This document shows positions 54,860 through 64,000 of a stretch of DNA of 64,000 nucleotides, piece after piece; within the stretch, counting starts at the first letter, position 1, and every line of letters begins with the position of its first letter. The notes below the pieces were generated by a model. It made no database searches. It was not told the origin of the DNA and worked only from the letters and a program-made list of their open reading frames with translations. The translations under genes and the position numbers were made by a program. The stretch covers positions 156,736,001 to 156,800,000 of the forward strand of contig OX597814.1 of NCBI GenBank assembly GCA_951406725.2, read 5' to 3'. This DNA comes from Octopus vulgaris. Taxonomy: Eukaryota.

Positions 54860-55406
54860 GTTGAGGCAAGTGAAATCAAATCAAATTCGATGACTGGCAT
54901 CCGTGCTAGCAGGGTGCAAAGAGCACCATATGAGTGTGATCATTGACAGAGCGGCTAACTGGCTTCAGTATCAGTGGCACTTGAAAGGCACCATTCGAGC
55001 ATGATCGTTACCAGCGTCGCCTTACTGGCACTCAAGCCCCGTGCTAGTAGTGTATTAAGAGCACCATCCGAGCATGATCGTTGCCAGAGCGGCTATCTGG
55101 TCTTCGTGCTGGTGGCACGTAAAAGATACCATTCGAGCGTGATCATTACCAGCATCGCCTTACTAGCACCTGTGCCGGTGGCATGTGTAAAAGATTCGAG
55201 CGAGGTCATTGCCAGTACTGCCTGACTGGCCCCGTGCCAGTGCCACATAAAAGCACCCACTACACTCTCGGAGTGGTTGGCATTAGGAAGAGCATCCAGC
55301 TGTAGAAACTCTGCCAGATCGAGATTGAATCTGGTTCACCAGCCCTCAGTCATTCGTCCAACCCATGCTAGCATAGAAAGCAGACGTTAAATGATGATGA
55401 TGATGA
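54860..55406 (+). mobile_element. RTE 3' UTR fragment with ~6 diverged units; a similar copy at 59133-59546
   Basis: Repeated gtgc.ggtggcac.taaaa.cacc motif, terminal segment and GAT tail. Confidence 0.85.
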
Positions 55407-56196
55407 TATGACGAGCTTCTTTCAGTTTCCATCTACAAAATCCACTCACAAGGCTTTGGTTGGCCTGAGGCTTTAGTAGAAGACACTCGCCCAAGTGGGA
55501 CTGAACCCAGGACCATGTGGTTGGTAAGCAAGCTACTTACCACACAGCCACTCCTGTACCTTTATTCATTTATATGTATGTGTGTATGTGTTTACTCCCT
55601 AGTCTGTACTAATTGTTATATTCTTGTCATTTTTCAATGAAATGTTTCATAAAAGATATGTAAACATATAAAATAACTAAGACCAGTGAATAACATTAAT
55701 ATATACATAAAAGCAAAATACAAATTGTCACTGACTAATCAGGAGAAATGAAATGGGTGAAGGACATCAGTGAAGTAAATGGATGATATACAGTAAATAT
55801 TTTAAACAAAGAATCACAATGTAAATTGGTGAGGGGGAAGCAGGGAGAAGTGATGAAAGTAGAGAGACAGGAATATGGGTGTCAACAGAAGAGGCAGATA
55901 TGTTAAATACAATGAAAGACAGACAGAAGTGAGAGATAGAAAATGAGAAAGATAAAGAAAAGAGCTACTGAATGACAGAGTGAAACACTGCTAAAGTTAT
56001 GTTTTAATAACTTATCAATACAGAGGAGTTAAATATATTTTCATTTATTTGGAAATGTGGTGAATTATAGATCATTATGCTATGAAATAGAGGTCTGAAA
56101 ATTTTGTTTGCTTTTACACAGAAATTAGTCTAAATAAGGTAACAGCCGCTGATCAACATGAAATATATGTTCTGGGTTTAAGTTTACACACACACA

Positions 56197-56227
<31 letters not shown>

Positions 56228-57195
56228 CTACATACACATAGATATGTTATCCAAAGTGTATAGTATAATATATATATATATATATATATATCCCATGCTA
56301 GCATGGAAAATGGATGCTAAATGATGATGATGATGATATCCAATACATTTGTTTGTTTGTACTCCACCTGCCTTCGTCTTTTGTTTATTTTCGTAAACTT
56401 TCCCGTTATGTATATATATGTTTGTATATATATGTATGTTTATATATGTATATGTATGTATATATATGTATGCTTATATATATATATATATGTATGTTTA
56501 TATGCAGCACGGAATTTTGTCAGTGAACAGGTCGCGGTCTCAAAGCAAAGAAACTATTTTGGCGAATTAAATTTAAATGTTGAAGTGAATCTAACAGTTT
56601 TTGTGTGTTTTTAAATGGCTTATAAACACCTTCCATGCTGCAATTGTATTTGTTTCAGCACACGGTCTCAGATCAAGTCACTTGCTTTGCAAGTACATTT
56701 CCGTAAATAGAATATTTTGGCCAGCCAAAATATTCTATGGCCAATTTATATGCTAAAAGATTAAGTGGTCAAAATGCATGACACTCTCACTGGCCACTAC
56801 TGAGATAAATTTTCATCTCTCCCAACAAAATCAAAAGAGATGTCATCTCAGGACAAATACTGTGGTAACTGGCCTATCAACATCATGACATGCATATGGC
56901 TAAGTTATTATGAGTTGCCTTATTAGAATTAGAGTAACAGATTGTTTTGAATAAGTAACCAGAAATAGATCAAACTGAACATTAACCACACTAACTTCAC
57001 AATCTTTCCATCAAGGAAAGACAGTGATAAATGAGAGTCCCTTCTTTAATCTAAGATATGATGATTAATTATTTTACCATTCATTAGTTTGTTAAAGAAA
57101 AACATTTACAAAAACTGAAAATAAATAACAAAAAATAATATAAGGAGGACAAGGAGAAACATAGTTGACCTCCAAAAACATATTACAAGACTCAC

Positions 57196-57300
57196 CTTTT
57201 TCTTAGTTCCAACTACAACAGTTGAACACTTAAAATATGGGTAAGGATGTTAACATCACACTGCTACAGGTTAGAAACACACTTTTGCACCTGTTGGAAT
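57196..57300 (-). other. Candidate 105-nt non-coding exon
   Basis: tgtttatttccAG acceptor, AAG|GTGAGT donor; stops in all three frames. Confidence 0.5.
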
Positions 57301-57508
57301 CTGGAAATAAACAATAAATATTATAGGTTAAAATCTGGAAATAAACAACAGATATATGTATACATATGTCACAGTATGTGAATATAGTAGATGCTAACAA
57401 ATTTTAGGTAGTGAATAACAATACTTTAACCAATCTAGACTTTACTCAGTATTAGAAGTAAATACTGGATCATTGATCAAATCCACCCAAATATAAAGAG
57501 AAATAGCT

Positions 57509-57539
<31 letters not shown>

Positions 57540-57541
<2 letters not shown>

Positions 57542-57921
57542 CGCAGGAGTGGCTGTGTGGTAAGTAGCTTGCTTACCAACCACATGGTTCCGGGTTCAGT
57601 CCCACTGCGTGGCATGTTGGGCAAGTGTCTTCTACTATAGCCTCAGGCCGACCAAAGCCTTGTGAGTGGATTTGGTAGACGGAAACTGAAAGAAGCTCTC
57701 GTCGTATATATGTGTGCATGTTTGTGTGTCTGTGTTTGTCCCCCTAGCATTGCTTGACAACCGATGCTGGTGTGTTTACGTCGCTGTCACTTAGCGGTTC
57801 GGCAAAAGAGACCGATAGAATAAGTACTGGGCTCACAAAGAATAAGTCCTGGGGTCGATTTGCTCGACTAAAGGTGGTGCTCCAGCATGGCCGCAGTCAA
57901 ATGACTGAAACAAGTAAAAGG
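57540..57921 (+). mobile_element. Young full-length SINE family A
   Basis: A box tggctgtgtggt, B box gggttcagtccc, CORE-like ttgggcaagt; (TA)n flanks. Confidence 0.92.
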
Positions 57922-58384
57922 GTGAATATATATATATAAATAAAAAAGTTTTTAATGATTTGACTACACTAAGATCTCAAATTGTATTGCAAGATATGAA
58001 TGTAGAAGAGGAAAATTGAAATGACCTTTGTTAGATATAATGACAATGCTGGATATGTATATGTATGTAGTTGGGTGTTTGAGTGTGTATGTATATGAAT
58101 GTGAGTGTGAGCATGTGTGAATGATGTTATAGTCATTACAATATATAAATTACAAGTAAATTAACAGTATTTTTTTTTATTTATGTATTACAATACCATA
58201 AGAGATATCAATATATTGTATGTATAGAGTGATGCCTTACACATCAATATATAACACCTTCAATAATCAATATCTTCATGGACAGAAAAAGAAAATGGGT
58301 CAATTGGACAAGTTTAAATCCTGTGTTGGGATTTCATCAGCAAGTGAGCAGCCTCTTTGGCTGTCTACTGAGACAAGGTTTATA

Positions 58385-58873
58385 CAAAGGGAGCTGAAAA
58401 GCTCCTGGTTTTAAGGGTACCGTGAAAAGCCTGGTTGAAAGCCCAACCTTCTGAGTTCTTTTACAGGGCTTAGAAAACTGAAGGTGAATTTTTTTGGCAT
58501 CCTTCCGTCTCGAGAGACGATGGTGTAGCTCGGAAAAGGTGGTGGGTTTATCTGCACTTCCTGGTGTGGCTGTGCAGACCAATCATCGAGTAGCAGTCTC
58601 TACCACATCTGGTGTAAGTGAAAGGGGATGAGAGCTGTGGTTGCTGCTGCTGCTCCTTTTGCCTAGTTCTCTTTAGTTTGGCAGTAGTGGTCCTCAGGTT
58701 CTCTGCTGTCATGGCACCATGCTTGACACTGTGACGCCAGGTTTAGAAAACTGAAGGTACCACTGCAATGTGTGTGTGAATGTGAGAGGGGAATATGTTG
58801 AACAAAATCATAATTAATTGATCTTCCTGTATTTTCTTTTACCTAAAGCCAGGAATTTTTCAACACCACCTTG
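58385..58873. mobile_element. Mariner-type MITE interrupted by an RTE fragment
   Basis: Colinear with 20479-20685 once 58486-58758 is removed. Confidence 0.8.
58486..58742 (-). mobile_element. 5'-truncated RTE (AviRTE/RTE-1-like, zinc-finger C-terminus) with 16-bp TSD
   Basis: TSD ttagaaaactgaaggt (58470-58485, 58743-58758); minus frame WRHSVKHG...KLKRTRQK...FTYTRCGRDCYSMIGLHSHTRKCR*; 3' hairpin gtctctcgagac. Confidence 0.88.
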
Positions 58874-60834
58874 TGGACAGTGTCTCAAAAGAAAGTTAAA
58901 AAGTGAGTTGACTATTTCTAAGGTCTTACATCTTTTGATATCAATCCTCTTGAGGCCACATCAAGTTCTACGATACAAACTTTACATTCAAAATTCTCAA
59001 AGTAAAAAACCTTCCATCAAAATTTTATGTTAATTTATGCCCAAACACCAGTTTATTAACAATACTTTATTTCAATGCTAAACTAGAGCCGAAAATATAT
59101 CTATAGATTCTAACAGCTTGGAGCGCTAACAGCTCCATCCAAGCGGGATCACTACCAGAGCAGCTGTCTGGCTTATAAAGAGCACCATTTGAATGTGATC
59201 ATTGTTAGCGTCGCCTCACTGGCACTTGTACCAGTGGCACATGAACAAAACATTTGAGCGAGGTCATTGCCAGTGCTGCTAGTCTGACTCCTGTGCAGTT
59301 GGCACATGAAAAACACCATTTTCGAGCATGGCCATTGCCAGTACCGCCAGACTGGCCCTCGTGCCGGTGGCACGTAAAAGCACCCACTACACTCTCAGAG
59401 TGGTTGGCATTAGGAAGGGCATCCAGCTGTAGAAACTCTGCCAGATCAGATTGGAGCCTGGCACAGCCATCTGGTTCGCCAGTCCTCAGTCAAATTGTCC
59501 AACCCATGCTAGCATGGAAAGCGGACGTTAAACGATGATGATGATGACATAAATAAAGGTATTTACAATATTGACTAATATCTATAGATATATTCAGACA
59601 AGGAAGTTTATAACATCACTGATGCCCCATCTCAACAAGGTACCATGTGGATGCCTGGGTCTTTCAGTATCTCAGCCTTGCAATCACTGCTGGGTTTTGG
59701 ACTACCTCAAAAATTTACCATTCTGTGTTATTTTCCCATCCTGATGTTATTAGGTGATACAGTGTTGGAAACATGAACCAGCTGTTAATTCAATACTGTA
59801 CTTGCTTTTAAATAGACACCAAATTATTTTGTTAATCAAAAGCAGTCGTAAACAAAACATGGAAAAATAGAAAAGAATACAGAGAATATATTTTACATGA
59901 AAATAAAGCTGTTATTTCATGAAATAATTAGTATTGATTATTGTCATGGTAAAATAATTACGGTCATGGCCAAAATAATAACGGACAGCTGGTTTAGTTT
60001 CAATACAATGTTTGTCATAATTATTGTCATCATTAACAGCCTCTACATATATATTTAAATGTACAAGTATTGACTGAACAGGTCAGTAGTAAATTCACAA
60101 GCTTGTTTAACTAGTGCAAATAAGTTTATTTGTCTATGTTGTAGTTTATTCACCACTTAGTGTTGATCAAGGTGTTCTAGGCATAACATCCCTTACTTTT
60201 GTAAATCCAGTGTGTCCACCCTATGTAAAAATTTTTAAATGACAAGGTGTGATTTGAGGGAGATTTGACAGCTATCTAAGCAGGTCAAACAAAAACATGG
60301 ACACTTCCTTGTTGGTTCCTCAAGCTTAGTACTGTGATCCACTGTTTTATCGACTTGCTTTGAGCAGGCTTCATTCACCAGACTGACACAACCGAGATGT
60401 TGCTCCAACTGATGTTCCAATCCTCTTATACTGGAAGCCTTTTGACTGAATGCTCTGTTTTCAATCAAAAGAAAGCCAGTGACATGAATTTAAATCATGA
60501 ATGTGAAAAGCTTGAACAGGTACTGAAAGGCATCGCTTCTGACACTAACAATTACACTAACAATTCCACTAATCAATTTCAAATAAAAAGATGAAAGGCA
60601 AAAATGATCTCAGCAGGATTTGGAATCAGAGTCCAGACAGATAGAACAAATACAAGAAATTAATTCTATGCAAAGCTCAAATGACTCAGCCCAACACTAC
60701 CTTTAGTGTTTGAGTGTGTGTGTGTGTGTGTGTGTGTGCGTATATATATACTAATATGTTCGTAACCCTTTACCATTTAAACCAGCTATGTCTGGCTCAA
60801 CTATTCTACATATTCATTCATTTTTTTTTCATTT

Positions 60835-61219
60835 ATTCATTTACTTGTTTCAGTCATTTGACTGTGGTCATGCTGGAGCACCACCTTTAGTCGAGCAAAT
60901 CGACCCCAGGACTTATTCTTTCTGAGCCTAGTACTTATTCTATCAGTCTCTTTTGCCGAACAGCTAAGTTATGGGGATGTAAACACACCAACATCGGTTG
61001 TCAAGTGATGTTGGGGGAGGGAGGCAAACACAACACACAAACATACACATATATACGACGAGCTTCTTTCAGTTTCCGTCTACCAAATCCACTCACAAGG
61101 CTTTGGTCGGCCCGAGGTTATAGCAGAAGACACTTGCCCAAGGTGCCACGCAGTGGGACTGAACCCAGAACCATGTGGTTCGTAAGCAAGCTACTTACCA
61201 CACAGCCACTCCTACGCCT
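60835..61219 (-). mobile_element. SINE family A, nested in a piggyBac-type MITE (60766-60815, resuming ~63969)
   Basis: Full-length match; MITE sequence ...attctacatatt continues as ttcaaactgg...cctctcacac at the window end. Confidence 0.85.
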
Positions 61220-61221
61220 AT

Positions 61222-63960
61222 ATCATCATCATCGTTTAACGTCCGCTTTCCGCGCTAGCACGGGTTGGACGGTTTGACCGGGTCTGGGAAGCCAGGGGCC
61301 GCACCAGGCTCCAGTCTGAATCTGGCAGAGTTTCTACGGCTGGATGCCCTTCCTAACGCCAACCACTCCGTGAGTGGATTGGGTGCTTTTTACGTGCCAC
61401 CTGCACAGGGGCCGGAGGGTCCGGCATCGTCACGATCGGTTCGAGCATTTTAACGTGTCAGCGGCACGGGGGCAACGAGGTCCGGGGTACTTTGGGGATC
61501 GGGGTACTTTGGGGATCCAGGGTACTTTGGGGATCCGGGGTACTTAGAATGGGTAGGGGGTATGTGGAATTGCTGCAGAAAGCAGCCCGGGTCTTTGTAG
61601 TCACAGCATTTATCGTCACTGAGTAACGTAATTAGGTAGAGGAAAGAAATACAGATATTCTAAGAGTTGAGTTGGGGAGGGGGGTCCAGTTGAGGCGGGT
61701 AATATAGGGGAGCAACCAGTGGGAAGGTTGGGGTAAGGAGGAACGATGGCAGGAAGGGTTGGTGTAGGTTCCTAAGAAATAAAAACGTAGGATATTACGA
61801 GGCGGGAGGGTACTAAAGGGGATGGTCGGAATGAGGCAGTGTCAGGAGGAAGCGTAAGATCGGTGGGCAGTTGATGAGCTATGGCGCTAGCAGGGCAGTT
61901 GATGAGCTATGGCGCTAGCAGCTTGTCTTTTCACAGTGAAAGCATATGAGGAGAAGGGGTAGTGGGGAGAGGAGGGAGTAGGGCGTACCCGGTGTAGATG
62001 AGTAAGGCGTATCCGGTGTAGATGGTGAGAACTGGGTATAATGGTATTGGTGGTGGCGGTGAGAACAGTGTTCACCGGTATTGGTGGTGGGGGTGAGAAC
62101 AATGTTCATCGGTATTGGTGGTGGGGTTGGGGGGGCGGGCGCACCGCCACTGGCGGAAAGATGGGAAGAGATGGGATTACGGCTTGAGGCAGCCTAATGG
62201 TTAAATTTTGTAGAGAGAGAGATAGGAAAGATAAATCAAGTTATGGCGAAGGCTTGAAAGTAGTCTAAAAAGGTTAAATTTTCGTAACAGTGTATGAATA
62301 AACGTAGTAACAACAAATAAAAAGAGTAAGATAAATTTTTAAGAACTTGCTGCGGGCATCGACCAGGAGTTGAAATTGAAGAAGAAAGTAAGTTGAATTG
62401 GCGGAAAGATGGGAAGAGATGGGATTACGGCTTGAGGCAGCCTAATGGTTAAATTTTGTAGAGAGAGAGATAGGAAAGATAAATCAAGTTATGGCGAAGG
62501 CTTGAAAGTAGTCTAAAAAGGTTAAATTTTCGTAACAGTGTATGAATAAACGTAGTAACAACAAATAAAAAGAGTAAGATAAATTTTTAAGAACTTGCTG
62601 CGGGCATCGACCAGGAGTTGAAATTGAAGAAGAAAGTAAGTTGAATTGGCGGAAAGATGGGAAGAGATGGGATTACGGCTTGAGGCAGCCTAATGGTTAA
62701 ATTTTGTAGAGAGAGAGATAGGAAAGATAAATCAAGTTATGGCGAAGGCTTGAAAGTAGTCTAAAAAGGTTAAATTTTCGTAACAGTGTATGAATAAACG
62801 TAGTAACAACAAATAAAAAGAGTAAGATAAATTTTTAAGAACTTGCTGCGGGCATCGACCAGGAGTTGAAATTGAAGAAGAAAGTAAGTTGAATTGGCGG
62901 AAAGATGGGAAGAGATGGGATTACGGCTTGAGGCAGCCTAATGGTTAAATTTTGTAGAGAGAGAGATAGGAAAGATAAATCAAGTTATGGCGAAGGCTTG
63001 AAAGTAGTCTAAAAAGGTTAAATTTTCGTAACAGTGTATGAATAAACGTAGTAACAACAAATAAAAAGAGTAAGATAAATTTTTAAGAACTTGCTGCGGG
63101 CATCGACCAGGAGTTGAAATTGAAGAAGAAAGTAAGTTGAATTGGCGGAAAGATGGGAAGAGATGGGATTACGGCTTGAGGCAGCCTAATGGTTAAATTT
63201 TGTAGAGAGAGAGATAGGAAAGATAAATCAAGTTATGGCGAAGGCTTGAAAGTAGTCTAAAAAGGTTAAATTTTCGTAACAGTGTATGAATAAACGTAGT
63301 AACAACAAATAAAAAGAGTAAGATAAATTTTTAAGAACTTGCTGCGGGCATCGACCAGGAGTTGAAATTGAAGAAGAAAGTAAGTTGAATTGGCGGAAAG
63401 ATGGGAAGAGATGGGATTACGGCTTGAGGCAGCCTAATGGTTAAATTTTGTAGAGAGAGAGATAGGAAAGATAAATCAAGTTATGGCGAAGGCTTGAAAG
63501 TAGTCTAAAAAGGTTAAATTTTCGTAACAGTGTATGAATAAACGTAGTAACAACAAATAAAAAGAGTAAGATAAATTTTTAAGAACTTGCTGCGGGCATC
63601 GACCAGGAGTTGAAATTGAAGAAGAAAGTAAGTTGAATTGGCGGAAAGATGGGAAGAGATGGGATTACGGCTTGAGGCAGCCTAATGGTTAAATTTTGTA
63701 GAGAGAGAGATAGGAAAGATAAATCAAGTTATGGCGAAGGCTTGAAAGTAGTCTAAAAAGGTTAAATTTTCGTAACAGTGTATGAATAAACGTAGTAACA
63801 ACAAATAAAAAGAGTAAGATAAATTTTTAAGAACTTGCTGCGGGCATCGACCAGGAGTTGAAATTGAAGAAGAAAGTAAGTTGAATTGGCGGAAAGATGG
63901 GAAGAGATGGGATTACGGCTTGAGGCAGCCTAATGGTTAAATTTTGTAGAGAGAGAGATA
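61222..63960 (-). mobile_element. Putative bipartite non-autonomous RTE: 248-bp array, C-rich leader, last ORF codons, 3' UTR and (GAT)n tail
   Basis: Minus strand near 61610 reads tgctgtgactacaaagacccg...ataccccct.cccat...aagtaccc.ggatccc, matching the ORF end at 38611-38690; (TA) on both flanks. RTE origin of the leader is inferred. Confidence 0.65.
62151..63960. repeat. Tandem array of a 248-bp unit, 7.3 copies, apparently identical
   Basis: tggcggaaag starts at 62151, 62399, 62647, 62895, 63143, 63391, 63639, 63887. Confidence 0.97.
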
Positions 63961-64000
63961 TATATATATATTCAAACTGGACAATGCATACCTCTCACAC

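Noticed and set aside
57540-57615. tRNA gene-like A/B boxes (also at 6977, 15841, 50620)
   Set aside because: No cloverleaf; they continue into SINE bodies, so they are SINE heads.
60235-60468. 77-aa minus-strand ORF or possible exon
   Set aside because: Weak acceptor and donor; runs into a degenerate repeat.

Overview
AT-rich eukaryotic DNA saturated with microsatellites. The repeat families (tRNA-derived SINEs with (CA/TA)n cores, RTE LINEs with (GAT)n tails, TTAA-CCC MITEs) point to an octopus/coleoid cephalopod genome; this is inference. No complete host gene is visible. A chain of minus-strand candidate exons (57.2, 25.8, 21.9, 13.5 kb) leads to a possible signal-peptide start exon at 810-765, so the window may be mostly long 5' introns. 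The most striking structure is one RTE LINE family. One copy (37544-47774) splits a SINE at its (TA)n tract, has a twin-priming-type 5' inversion and a C4HC3 PHD-type finger inside its reverse transcriptase. Its 3' UTR has expanded into a ~9 kb higher-order satellite built largely from a compact pseudoknot-capable motif. A second, ORF-deleted copy (61222-63960) carries ~7.3 apparently identical 248-bp units at its 5' end. Also present: a DD37D (maT) transposase relic, a non-autonomous Helitron, piggyBac-type and mariner-type MITEs, AviRTE-like fragments, Penelope-type hammerhead ribozyme relics and several long palindromes. Nearly all short ORFs in the track are repeat artefacts. Coordinates were read by eye and may be a few bases off.
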